DNA of 64,000 nt from Candidatus Magasanikbacteria bacterium GW2011_GWA2_37_8. GTDB lineage: Bacteria > Patescibacteriota > Patescibacteriia > Magasanikbacterales > GWA2-37-8. Position 1 is the stretch's first letter. Each line of letters starts with the position of its first letter. The stretch is from NCBI GenBank assembly GCA_000992085.1, contig LBTN01000005.1, forward strand, positions 4,999 to 68,998, given 5' to 3'. The position numbers and the translations under genes were made by a program. This document shows positions 37,238 through 47,800 of this stretch, piece after piece. The notes under the pieces were generated by a model, which was given only the letters and a program-made list of their open reading frames with translations, searched no databases and was not told where the DNA came from.

Positions 37238-40200
37238 TTATGAAGCAGGAGTGGTTTCGATCGGAGCAACTTCGGTATCAACTGGATTATTAGCTGCATT
37301 TTGGGCATCCACTTCGGCAGCTAACAAATATTCACCCGATTCAGAACGTTTGAGTAGTTCTACATCTAAACCAAGACCTTTAATTTCACGTACAAGTACG
37401 TTAAATGACTCTGGAATGTTGACGCGGGTAATTTCTTCACCCTTAATAATCGCTTCGTAAGCTTTCGAACGACCAGGCACGTCATCGGATTTGATAGTTA
37501 AAATTTCTTGCAAAGTATGGGCGGCGCCATAGGCTTCCAAAGCCCAAACTTCCATTTCACCAAAACGTTGACCACCAAACTGAGCTTTACCACCTAATGG
37601 CTGTTGAGTGATTAAACTGTAAGGGCCGATCGAACGTTGATGAATTTTGTCTTCTACCATGTGGTTTAATTTAAGCATGTAGTTGTAACCAACAGTAGTT
37701 TTGTGATCAAATGGTTCGCCAGTTCTACCATCCAAAAGTTGCAATTGACCAGAAACTGGAAAACCAGCTTTAGTTAACTCTTCACGAATTTGATCTTCGG
37801 TAATACCATTTAATACTGGGGTAGCCACTTTGTAACCCAAAGCATTGGCAGCCAAACCTAAATGGTTTTCTAAAATCTGACCCAAGTTCATACGAGAGAT
37901 AACACCAAGTGGAGACAAGATAATATCTACTGGAGTACCATCTTCCAAAAATGGCATGTCGGAGACTGGTACCACTTTGGAGATAACACCTTTGTTACCA
38001 TGGCGACCGGCCATTTTGTCACCAACCTGAATTTTACGCATGTCAGCCACAGTGGCTTGTACTTGTTTAATTACACCTGGTTCCAATTTATCACCCACTT
38101 CATCAGAGAAAACTTGAATACCAATTACTTTACCGTGTTCACCATGTTCCAAGTATAAAGAAGAATCACGAACATCACGGGCTTTTTCACCAAAGATAGC
38201 ACGCAATAATTTTTCTTCAGCCGATAATTCAGTTTCACCCTTTGGAGTAATTTTACCCACCAAAATATCACCGGATTTTACTTCAGCACCAATACGTACT
38301 ACACCTTCAGAATCCAAATTCTTTAATTTTTCTTCACTAACATTTGGAATGTCGGATGTTACTACTTCTGGTCCAAGTTTTGTTTCACGAACATCAACGG
38401 CGTAATCTTCGATATGAATAGAAGTAAAGCGATCGCTTTGTACCAAACGTTCAGATAAAATAATAGCATCTTCGTAGTTGTAACCATCCCAAGCCATATA
38501 AGCAACCAACACATTTTGACCCAAAGATAATTCATTTTGACTGATACTTGGGCCATTAGTTAATGGATCGCCTTTTTTAACCATGTCACCAACTTTTACA
38601 GTTGGATGTTGATTGATACAAGTGGCCGCATTAGAACGAACGAATTTGCTTAAATTGTAAGTATAAATATTTCCTTTTTTACCTTTCAAAACAATATGGG
38701 CGCCATCACTTTCGGTAACTTCGGCGTCTTCTTCGGCCAAAAATACATGACCAGAATAACGAGCCGCATCATGTTCGATACCAGTACCAACTAATGGTGG
38801 TTCTGGTTTGATACAAGGCACTGATTGACGTTGCATGTTGGTACCCATAAGAGCACGGGTAGCATCATCGTGTTCTAGAAAAGGAATACAAGAAGTAGCC
38901 ACGCTAACTACTTGGCTAGAAGACACATCTAAATATTCTACATCTTGTACATTGGCAACACCTGGATGGCTGTAAACGCGAGCTGGAACATTGCCGCCCA
39001 AGAAATATCCTTTGTCGGTTACAGGAGTGTTAGCAGCAGCTGTAATTACTTTTTCTTCTTTAAACGCACTTAGGAATACTACTTCGTTGGTAGTGCGTGG
39101 CACAACATTAATTTTGGTTAATTTTGTTTTAGCTAATTTATATGGAGTTTCGATAAAACCAAATTCATTGATACGAGCAAAACTGGAAAGATGGTTTACC
39201 AAACCAATATTTGGACCTTCTGGAGTAGCAATTGGGCAGATACGACCATAGTGGGTAGTGTGCACATCGCGCACTTCAAAACTAGCACGATCACGAGACA
39301 AACCGCCTGGGCCAAGCGCCGACAAACGACGTTTGTGTTCTAGCTCGGACAATGGATTATGTTGATCCATGAATTGGGACATTTGAGAACTCATAAAGAA
39401 TTCGCGAATGGCGCTAATTACTGGACGAGCATTTACTAATTTGTTTGGATTAACTTGATCTAAATCGTAGGTACTCATACGGTCTTTAATAATACGTTCC
39501 ATACGAGCCAAACCAACACGAAAACGATTTTGTACTAATTCACCAACCGCGCGAATACGACGGTTGCCTAAATGATCTACATCATCTGGTTCTTCTTGAG
39601 TAACATTCAAACGGACTACTTCTTTTAAAACAGCTAATAATTTTTCTGGAGATAAAACTCGATTTTCTTTTTTATCATAATCATCATGCGAACTTTTGAT
39701 ATCGAATTTGGTATTAAATTTGTATACACCAACGCGGCCCAAATCGTAGCGTTCGAAGTTAAAGAACATGGCTTCGATCAAACTTTTGGCATTGTCGGCA
39801 GTGGCCAAATCACCCGGGCGAATTCTTTTGTAAACTTCAATCAAACCTTCACCACGATTTTTGGCTAAATCTTTTTTAATAGTAGCATCAACGTAATCAA
39901 CCTGGGGATGAATATTTACGTCTTTAAAAAGTTCAATTAATTTTTCATCATCTTCGTAACCAAAAGCACGAAGTAGAGAGGTGGCGGCCACTTTGCGTTT
40001 GCGATCTACTTTGATCCATAAAGTATTATTCATGTCGGTTTCAATTTCGATCCAAGCACCACGATTTGGAATAATTTTGGCGCCATAAAATCTGCGGCCA
40101 CGAATATTTTCGGCAGTAAAGAAAGCACCAGCACTGCGAATTAATTGAGAAACAACTACACGTTCGATACCATTAACAATAAAAGTACCACGATCGGTCA

Positions 40201-40558
40201 TAAGCGGAACGTCACCTAAATATATTTCTTGAGATTTTGTTTGACCAGTACGTTTGTTGATTAAGCGAGCAGTAAAACGTAGCGGGGCTTCGAAAGTAAT
40301 ATTACGCTTGCGGCAAGTAACTTCGTCGAAACGAGGTTCGTCTAAATAATAATCTTCAAAATACAATTCCAAATCACGACCAGAAAAATCGGTGATTGGA
40401 GAAATTTCTTCAAACAATTCTTTAATACCGTTTTTTAAAAACCAGCTATAAGAATCTTTTTGAATTTCAATTAAATCTGGCAAAGCCATAGCGTTGCGTG
40501 TTTTTGTGAAGAAACGACGCTCTGTGCTTTTGAGAGGTTGGCGTTTGAAAATAGGCAT
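37238..40558 (-). CDS. rpoB: DNA-directed RNA polymerase subunit beta
   Basis: 1106 aa with conserved beta-subunit segments (GRHGNKGV, QRFGEMEVWALE). Confidence 0.93.
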   Translation of the reverse strand: MPIFKRQPLKSTERRFFTKTRNAMALPDLIEIQKDSYSWFLKNGIKELFEEISPITDFSGRDLELYFEDYYLDEPRFDEVTCRKRNITFEAPLRFTARLINKRTGQTKSQEIYLGDVPLMTDRGTFIVNGIERVVVSQLIRSAGAFFTAENIRGRRFYGAKIIPNRGAWIEIETDMNNTLWIKVDRKRKVAATSLLRAFGYEDDEKLIELFKDVNIHPQVDYVDATIKKDLAKNRGEGLIEVYKRIRPGDLATADNAKSLIEAMFFNFERYDLGRVGVYKFNTKFDIKSSHDDYDKKENRVLSPEKLLAVLKEVVRLNVTQEEPDDVDHLGNRRIRAVGELVQNRFRVGLARMERIIKDRMSTYDLDQVNPNKLVNARPVISAIREFFMSSQMSQFMDQHNPLSELEHKRRLSALGPGGLSRDRASFEVRDVHTTHYGRICPIATPEGPNIGLVNHLSSFARINEFGFIETPYKLAKTKLTKINVVPRTTNEVVFLSAFKEEKVITAAANTPVTDKGYFLGGNVPARVYSHPGVANVQDVEYLDVSSSQVVSVATSCIPFLEHDDATRALMGTNMQRQSVPCIKPEPPLVGTGIEHDAARYSGHVFLAEEDAEVTESDGAHIVLKGKKGNIYTYNLSKFVRSNAATCINQHPTVKVGDMVKKGDPLTNGPSISQNELSLGQNVLVAYMAWDGYNYEDAIILSERLVQSDRFTSIHIEDYAVDVRETKLGPEVVTSDIPNVSEEKLKNLDSEGVVRIGAEVKSGDILVGKITPKGETELSAEEKLLRAIFGEKARDVRDSSLYLEHGEHGKVIGIQVFSDEVGDKLEPGVIKQVQATVADMRKIQVGDKMAGRHGNKGVISKVVPVSDMPFLEDGTPVDIILSPLGVISRMNLGQILENHLGLAANALGYKVATPVLNGITEDQIREELTKAGFPVSGQLQLLDGRTGEPFDHKTTVGYNYMLKLNHMVEDKIHQRSIGPYSLITQQPLGGKAQFGGQRFGEMEVWALEAYGAAHTLQEILTIKSDDVPGRSKAYEAIIKGEEITRVNIPESFNVLVREIKGLGLDVELLKRSESGEYLLAAEVDAQNAANNPVDTEVAPIETTPAS

Positions 40559-40892
40559 AGATATTGATTAATTTTCCCCACACAAGGTGGGATCCGTCCT
40601 TCGGCGGAAATTTTTAATTTTTAATTTTTAAATAATTATTGAAATATTAATGTAAATATTGCCAATCTTTCTTTCAAAAACTACCTGTCCAACCTATAAA
40701 CAACAAAAAAAGGGCCAACAAAATAGGGCTTTTCTTTATTTTTTCTTATATTTTAGCCAAAAACAGCAAGGGTAACATGAGAATATTTTAAAAATTACCT
40801 TGCGAGCAGTTTATAACCAACTGTTACAAACCACTTTTTCGCTTAACTAAGCGAAAAAACGAATGTTCAAAATGAACGAGATTTGAAGTAGC

Positions 40893-40926
40893 TTGATTTT
40901 ACCCCAAAATCAAGCTTTTGTCAAAT
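40893..40926 (-). promoter_or_regulatory. Candidate rpoB promoter with adjacent DnaA-like boxes
   Basis: On the minus strand TTGACA, a 17-bp spacer, then TAAAAT. A TTTATCCACC box (8/9 match to the DnaA consensus) lies beside a second TTGACA. Confidence 0.35.
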
Positions 40927-41023
40927 GGAACAGGTGGATAAATATTTGTCAAGAACTATTTCTTTTTTGGCTAATATAAGAGCAAAACTGCCACCAACCA
41001 TCAAAAGACCAAAAAGTTATCCA

Positions 41024-41062
41024 CAGTGCACCACGTGGGGTACACTGTTACACAGTGACATA
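41024..41062. repeat. 40-bp DnaA-box-containing repeat, copy 1
   Basis: AGTTATCCACAGTGCACCACGTGGGGTACACTGTTACACA contains a perfect TTATCCACA. About 35/40 identical to copy 2 at 49519-49558. Confidence 0.7.
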
Positions 41063-41111
41063 CGATTAAAAATAAAAAATACTCTGCTATAAAACAGGGT
41101 ATTTATCGTTG

Positions 41112-41192
41112 TGGTCCGAGTGGGAATCGAACCCACATGCCTTGCGGCACAGCATTTTAAGTGCTGCGTGTATACCAGTTCCACCATCGGAC
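41112..41192 (-). tRNA. tRNA-Leu (anticodon UAA), type II with a long variable arm
   Basis: Minus-strand cloverleaf: acceptor GGUCCGA/UCGGACC, anticodon stem CAGCA, loop CUUAAAA, variable arm UGCCGCAAGGCAUG, T-loop GGUUCGAUUCC. CCA is not encoded. Confidence 0.8.
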
Positions 41193-41194
41193 CA

Positions 41195-41668
41195 TTAACC
41201 TCTTTTTTTATTTTTACCTCTATGCGTTGGTTGCAAACTATGACAATTTGGGCATAGAATCTGTAAATTTTCTATTCTATTATCATGTCTATCGCCATTA
41301 ATATGATCAAGTTCGAGCGGAATTCTACCATCTAGTGCTTTCTTAGCCCAACCACATTTTTCACATTCTGGTTTTTTTAAACCAACCATGAACAATCTTT
41401 TCTTTAATTTAAAACTCTGAAAATCATTATTTTTAACCAAAATATCTTTTAACGATAACCTCGGTTTGCCAATTCCTTTCATTCCTTTGTTCCAAGCCAT
41501 TCCTGTAAAATGATCACTGCTAATTTTATTTTCAAGAATTGTTTTCTTTACCTGTGCATAATTACCGCCTGCCTCAACCAAACCAAGCTTTCCGATAACT
41601 TGACGAATACTGGTAGAATTTTTAACCGCGACCCGTAATTGCTCAATTGTCCATTTTTTCTTTTTCAT
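41195..41668 (-). CDS. HNH endonuclease
   Basis: C-terminal ...CEKCGW...LELDHINGDRHDNRIENLQILCPNCH is a canonical HNH motif with zinc-binding Cys pairs. Abuts the tRNA-Leu 5' end. Confidence 0.8.
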   Translation of the reverse strand: MKKKKWTIEQLRVAVKNSTSIRQVIGKLGLVEAGGNYAQVKKTILENKISSDHFTGMAWNKGMKGIGKPRLSLKDILVKNNDFQSFKLKKRLFMVGLKKPECEKCGWAKKALDGRIPLELDHINGDRHDNRIENLQILCPNCHSLQPTHRGKNKKRG

Positions 41669-42127
41669 ATGTTACTTACTATAACATATGGCAGACAAAT
41701 AAGCAATGGTTTTACTGTACGTATACCAATATATTTTTTCCTCGGCAAAAAGCTGCGAGAAGAGTTGCATGTTTTAGCTAACGGGCCAAATTCATAAAAC
41801 GCCGTTCCTGGTCAAAAAAATGAAAAGGAAAGGAGAGAGAATGCTTTAGAAATTCGATCCGGTTGAGACATCAACTCTATCGCAGCTTACTACCGAGAAA
41901 CTGTTCAGAATTGTAATAAGAAAACAGAGTTATGTCAAGCTGTGGATAAGATTTGTAAAAAATATTTTTCTAAAACACTAATTTTTTTTAACTTCTTCTA
42001 CAAATTATCAAATAATTTACAAAAGAAGTTACGGAGACACGTGAGTCGCCGCGTCCTTCTAGTCGTTTGATTCAATTCCGCCACTAGCAGAAATGAACAC
42101 TGGGACGACTAGCCCTCCTTGTTCTCG

Positions 42128-42637
42128 CTACTTCGCCGGAACGCCGGCAACAACCATTTGCTGGAGGAGACAGAGACCATCGTTGGGCGATATAATTTCA
42201 TCGTACGTGTCGACCAACCACACCAGCCTACCCAAGGCGTTCGTCACGCTGGCGAAGTGACATCCGTGATTATGCATGTTGTTGTGATACCACATGTGTT
42301 TGCGATAAAAGATATCACCATGTTGCTTACCTTCTCCGCAGTTGCAAACACGGAACTCCCACGTAGTTGTGAAACCGTCTGGCAACGGCGCCGACCAGAT
42401 CTGCTCTACCAGTTGGGAATGCAAGATCGCTAGACCACCATTCGACGCAACCTGCGTGAAATCATCACGCCTTTTCTGGTCAGACGGCTCGCTTCCAATC
42501 ACGCGCAGAAGATCGTCGATCGTGAAAATCAGGTGGCTCGGCGCAGACATGTGGTCGTACAGATATACGGCCTTGATCTGACAGGCCAGCAGCAGCGCAT
42601 GAGTTGCCCAGAAAAGTTCCATTGCAAATTCCTCCAT
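42128..42637 (-). CDS. GC-rich His-rich hypothetical protein (possible metal-binding fold, foreign cassette)
   Basis: About 55% GC. GAGGGGG ribosome-binding site 11 nt before the ATG. Motifs YLYDHMSAPSH and HMWYHNNMHNHGCH. Confidence 0.45.
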   Translation of the reverse strand: MEEFAMELFWATHALLLACQIKAVYLYDHMSAPSHLIFTIDDLLRVIGSEPSDQKRRDDFTQVASNGGLAILHSQLVEQIWSAPLPDGFTTTWEFRVCNCGEGKQHGDIFYRKHMWYHNNMHNHGCHFASVTNALGRLVWLVDTYDEIISPNDGLCLLQQMVVAGVPAK

Positions 42638-42771
42638 CACAGTTTTCGCCCCCTCAAAACAAATGAGGGAAAGAAAAAGAAAAAATTTTCCCTTTCTTCC
42701 CCTCATTTAATCAATAACTACTTAAATAAACATAGAACAAATTTCACAATCTGTCAATCATCCCTTAACAA

Positions 42772-43199
42772 TTATTTTGTCCACTTTATTTCTTCAATCC
42801 CACTATTCATATTCAACCACCTTCCCAACACAAACAAACAATCGCTTAAACGATTCAAATATTTTTTAATATTATTATCAATTTTATATTTCTCGGACAA
42901 ACAATCCATTTTTCTAATTTTGTAATTTCGCTACTTTTTAATTTTGGTATATTTTTTAATTCTGTTTGCACCGCTGCTAAATTGGCACCAACCACAAACA
43001 AACACCGCTGAATATTTATTAGTTTATTTTTTTCCTGTTTAAAATCTTCCTCCACTTCTTCAATCACCACTCCCAAAAAAGCATTAAGCTCATCCACCTC
43101 CCCAATCGCATCCATTTCAATACAAGATTTACAAACCCGCTTTCCACCAAGCAAAGAAGTTTTTCCACTATCCCCAGTTTTAGTATAAATTTTTGGCAT
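42772..43199 (-). pseudogene. PduO-type ATP:cob(I)alamin adenosyltransferase, frameshifted and internally deleted
   Basis: N-terminal IYTKTGDSGKTSL...VDELNAFLG in one frame. The conserved C-terminal YLNRLSDCLFVLGR is in another frame, with the central segment missing. Confidence 0.6.
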
Positions 43200-43252
43200 A
43201 TACTTTAATATATAATTTTAAACTTTGTATATTAAATTAAATCATAAAATTT

Positions 43253-43996
43253 CTACTCTGGCAAAGAATTCCACAACATCTCAAAAATTTCTTTATGCAT
43301 TTGTATAATACTTTTATTTTCAATCACCAACGCAATAGCTGGATCTGCAAGTTGATGTATCAAAACTTTTGACGGTATTAGATTTAAATTAGTAGTCAAT
43401 TTTGTTTTATCAGGCAAAATTTTTACTTTAAAATTAAAATTTTTCTCGTACTTTTTATAATATCTGGCTTTTTCTGAATTTTGTAAAAGTAAACGTACTT
43501 TTATATTCAGTTTACTTCTTCTCTCCACAAATTTAGAAAAATATTTTTCATCGGCCTTACTCCATGTTTCTGTATCAGACAAAACTAAATATTCCTCATG
43601 TGGCTTTACAGAATTAAGCAAATTTTCGTAGGCAGATTTAATCGATTCCAGCCCTTCATAATATTTAATAAAAGCCCCACTTGGTTTTGTCTCGTACAAT
43701 GCTGAAATCTCTGGAAAAACTTTTTTAAAATTATTCTTTTTTAATTCAAGCATGGCTTCTAATTTATCCGGACTGGCAGCCACAAAAAATTCTTTCCAAC
43801 CATGCATTTCTACACTGATTAAACCTTTTCTTTTTAACAATTCTATCACCGAATATACTGTTGTTCTCTTAACATCTGCAGATTGAGCAATTCTAGCAAC
43901 CGAAGCCAAACCTAAAGCCAGAATTGCCAAATAAACCCGAGCTTCATGTTCGTTTAACCCCAAATCAATTAATGCGTTGATATGCTTTTTTTCCAT
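43253..43996 (-). CDS. TrmB-family transcriptional regulator
   Basis: N-terminal winged HTH (LGLNEHEARVYLAILALGLASVARIAQSADVKRTTVYSVIELLKRKGLI), typical of TrmB. Confidence 0.7.
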   Translation of the reverse strand: MEKKHINALIDLGLNEHEARVYLAILALGLASVARIAQSADVKRTTVYSVIELLKRKGLISVEMHGWKEFFVAASPDKLEAMLELKKNNFKKVFPEISALYETKPSGAFIKYYEGLESIKSAYENLLNSVKPHEEYLVLSDTETWSKADEKYFSKFVERRSKLNIKVRLLLQNSEKARYYKKYEKNFNFKVKILPDKTKLTTNLNLIPSKVLIHQLADPAIALVIENKSIIQMHKEIFEMLWNSLPE

Positions 43997-43998
43997 AT

Positions 43999-44084
43999 TT
44001 TGTCATTTTAGTCGTCAACAATAAATATTGTAACATAAGCCAAAATATAAGTCAATATTTATATATTGTTGACAAAAATGACAA
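43999..44084. promoter_or_regulatory. 86-bp imperfect palindrome in the divergent promoter region (candidate TrmB operator)
   Basis: TTGTCATTTTAGTCGTCAACAATAAATATTG ... CAATATTTATATATTGTTGACAAAAATGACAA. Contains TTGACA boxes. Confidence 0.45.
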
Positions 44085-44157
44085 TCATTTAACTTTCTAC
44101 TATAATTATTTGTCAAGCTAAGTGGTGGCTTGATAGCAACAAACGGAGGAGACATAA

Positions 44158-44685
44158 ATGTCCAAGCGAAAATGGAAAGCTATTGCCCGACTCTCGGACA
44201 ATCGTACGAGAATCGCAGTGTCACTCGCCACGGATCCAAAAATTTTAGCCTGTTACGAGCGCGGTTTCCCACATCTGTTCACCGAAGGTGACGACGAAGG
44301 ATCGCTCCATGTTCCACTCTCGGCGCTGATGGAAGCAGCGGAAGAGTTCTCCCGGGATCAATATCCTGACGAGCCCCAGTTCTGGACCATCGATAGACAC
44401 TTTACTCTTGACTTCGCAGGAGAATACTACTCACACCTCCGTATTCCCAATACCTACATGTGGGAATGGGAAGAAGACGAAATCCCCGACTACGTAATCA
44501 ACCAACTTGCTGGCCAGAAGGCCCAAGCCGGATTGGTTGTAGAAATCAACAGGGAGAAATACGTGGTCACAAGCATTACTTTCGACGGCGATTGTCCGGT
44601 TGAAATCGGCGAGATCTTTCAGACACCACCTCCGGTCGTCGCCATACACCTTTGTCTGGTCGACTTCATCGCCCTGGACAAGTAA
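44158..44685 (+). CDS. GC-rich acidic hypothetical protein (foreign cassette)
   Basis: About 55% GC. GGAGGAG ribosome-binding site 8 nt before the ATG. 175 aa with an acidic patch EWEEDEIPDY. No recognisable domain. Confidence 0.45.
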   Translation: MSKRKWKAIARLSDNRTRIAVSLATDPKILACYERGFPHLFTEGDDEGSLHVPLSALMEAAEEFSRDQYPDEPQFWTIDRHFTLDFAGEYYSHLRIPNTYMWEWEEDEIPDYVINQLAGQKAQAGLVVEINREKYVVTSITFDGDCPVEIGEIFQTPPPVVAIHLCLVDFIALDK

Positions 44686-44782
44686 AGCAAACAGCGGTTC
44701 TCATCCACTCGTGTGCGCCCGACACGTTCAAAACGGGCACTCACTCAAAGTATTTAATTTTTTTAAATATTTTGAGAGCAAC

Positions 44783-44812
44783 AAAAATCCGCGGAGTGCG
44801 GATTTTTGTTTT
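44783..44812. terminator. Bidirectional intrinsic terminator
   Basis: AAAAATCCGCggagtGCGGATTTTTGTTTT. It serves the GC-rich ORF (+) and nrdJ (-). Confidence 0.7.
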
Positions 44813-44850
44813 ACTTTATAAACTTTATAACTTTCAACTTTACTAACTTC

Positions 44851-47800
44851 CTAACTACACCCCGTCGTACTTCCACAATTCAAACACTTATAACAACTTC
44901 CATTCCTAATCGTAATATGCCCACAAGTTGGACAGGGTGGCGCGTCACCCATCATTCCCGACAACTGTTGATCGGCGGCACTGCCAACCACGGCGGTGGT
45001 AGTTTTGGTTGCAATTGTATCATTGGTCTTTGGCAAATTCGGCAAACTCATTTGGTCTTTATCAACTGTTTCTTTTAAAATCAACTTTTCTTTTTCAATT
45101 TCATCATCATCTTTTTCTTTTAAATCCAAGGTTGTTTGCCCTTGCATTTCGGCAGCCATTTTTGCCATTTGTTCGGCACGATTTTTTTGAATGCCATTTG
45201 GTTTTACTTGTACAAAATCGGTGCGCCCCAAATATTCCATTCCCAAAATTCTAAACACCAAATCTATCACTGAAGTACAACTACGAATATTAGGATGATC
45301 GGTCATGCCGCTTGGCTCAAACCGAGTAAAAGTAAATTTATCAACATATTCTTCTAGTGGAATACCATATTGCAAACCAGTGGAAATGGAAATGGCAAAC
45401 AAATTTAACACCGATCGAAACGCGGCCCCTTCTTTGTACATATCGATAAACACCTCACCCAACTTTCCATCTGGATATTCGCCAGTGCGTAAAAATACTT
45501 TTTGCCCGCCCACTTTGGCTTTGATAGTTAAGCCACTGCGTTTATATGGCATGCGACGTTGTTCGCCATGAATATAAATCTGAGTACCTTGCACAGTGCC
45601 ATCATGCGCATATTTTGTTTGTGCGTGTTCTTGTGGCACATTTTGCTCCACCCCCGCATTTACCAGCTTCACACTTACCTCACCTTTCGCACCACTCATT
45701 TCTTCTTGATTCTTAATTCCAGATTCTTGATTCTTCTCAACTTTGTCCTCCGCTTTTTTACTTTTACTCGACAACGGTTGCGATAATTTACAACCATCGC
45801 GATAAAGCGCATTGGATTTTAAACCTAATTTCCAAGAAGCCATGTAAGCAATTTTTACATCTTCTACAGTTGCCGAATTAGGCATATTGATAGTTTTGGA
45901 AATGGCACCAGACAAAAATGGTTGCACCGCTGCCATCATACGAATATGACCCAAATAATGAATATAGCGTTGACCCTTTCGGCCATTTTTATTAGCTGTA
46001 TCAAACACGGCATAATGCTCTTTCTTCAAATGTGGTGCACCTTCAATAGTCATTGCCCCACAAACATATTCGTTGGCAGCATTAATAGCATCGGCGTTGT
46101 AACCCAAAGCAGTAAGCAAATTAAAATTGGAATCATTGTACTGTTCGCTAGAAAATCCCAAACGTTCTAAACATTCTTCACCCATTGTCCAAACATTAAA
46201 CGCAAATGGCAGTTCGAATACAGTTGGTAAATTCTTTTCTAACTTGGCCAAATCTTCATCAGTTAATCCTTTTTCTTTTAAAGACTCATGGGTAATGGCT
46301 GGCGCGCCTTTTAAACTGCCGTGGCCTTTTAAATAATCAATCATGTCTGTTATTTGTGTTTCGGTATAACCCAAAGTTTTAAGTGCCACTGGTACAGCTT
46401 CGTTAACAATTTTGAAGTATCCGCCACCAGCTAATTTTTTAAATTTCACTAAAGCAAAATCTGGTTCTACACCAGTGGTAGAACAATCCATTAAAAGTCC
46501 AATTGTTCCGGTTGGCGCTAAACAAGTATTTTGCGCATTTCTAAAGCCATACTTTTCTCCCAGTTCTAACGCTTGATTCCAACTTTCACGAGCAGCCGCC
46601 AGCAAGTAGGCTGGAGCGTATTGTGGATCGATTCCTAAGGGTGGAATAGCCAAACCTTCATATTCATCCGGCTTAGCATTAAACGCTGCCCGACGATGAT
46701 TGCGAATAACGCGCAACATATCGGCCCGATTCATGGCGAATTTATTAAACGGTCCAAGTGCTCGTGCCATTTCGGCCGAGGTAACATATGATTCGGCGTT
46801 TAACAGGGCAGTAATAGAACCAGCAAAAGCCAAGGCTTCGGGAGAATCGTATGGGATACCAGCAGTCATAAGCACACTACCAATATTGGCATAGCCCAAA
46901 CCCAAAGATCTAAAATCATAACTACCCTGGGCAATGGCAGCGCTAGGAAATTGCGCCATTAAAATACTAATTTCCAAAACTGTGGTCCAAGTGCGAGTGG
47001 CATGTTTAAAACCAGCCACATCAAAAGTCATGGTTTCGGAATCGTAAAAATGGGCCAAGTTAATTGAAGCTAAATTGCAGGCAGTGTCATCCAAAAACAT
47101 ATATTCACTGCACGGGTTTGAGGCATTAATACGACCGGATTGCGGACAAGTATGCCAGTCGTTAATGGTGGTATCAAATTGAAGCCCTGGGTCGGCACAA
47201 CTCCAAGCAGCCTGGGCCACTTTGTCCCACAATTCTCTGGCCTTTAAAGTTTTACAAGATCGGCCATCGGTGCGCCATTTTAAATTCCATTCGCCATCAT
47301 TTTCTACTGCTTCCAAAAATTCTTGCATTACACGCACGCTGTTGTTAGAATTTTGGCCAGACACAGTTTGATAGGCTTCACTTTCGTAGGCGCTATCATA
47401 ACCAGCAGCTACCAAAGCAGCTACCTTTTTTTCTTCTTTAACTTTCCATTCAATAAATTCTTCAATATCAGGATGATCAACATTTAAAATTACCATTTTA
47501 GCAGCGCGACGAGTAGTACCACCAGATTTGATTGCGCCAGCAGCACGATCACCAATACGCAACCAACTCATAAGGCCAGACGAAGATCCACCACCAGATA
47601 ATTTTTCTCCTGATCCGCGTAAGTTAGAAAAATTTGTTCCAGTACCAGAACCATATTTAAATAGTCGTGCTTCACGCACCCACAAATCCATAATACCACC
47701 TTCATTTACCAAATCATCTTTTACCGATTGGATAAAACAATTATGAACTACCACACCGTTAGCACAAAATAATTTATTTTTCTTTTCTTCGGAAACAAAA

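Noticed and set aside
33583-40000. Numerous 60-130 aa antisense or alternative-frame ORFs inside rpoC, rpoB, ileS, nrdJ and guaB in the six-frame track
   Set aside because: They lie entirely within, and are out of frame with, high-confidence conserved genes, and they lack start contexts. They are shadow ORFs.
40559-41110. Chromosomal replication origin (oriC) upstream of rpoB
   Set aside because: The region is AT-rich and has DnaA boxes, but only two or three of them. There is no adjacent dnaA or dnaN, and it contains a good outward promoter for rpoB. A long regulated rpoBC leader fits better. It cannot be settled without a GC-skew plot.
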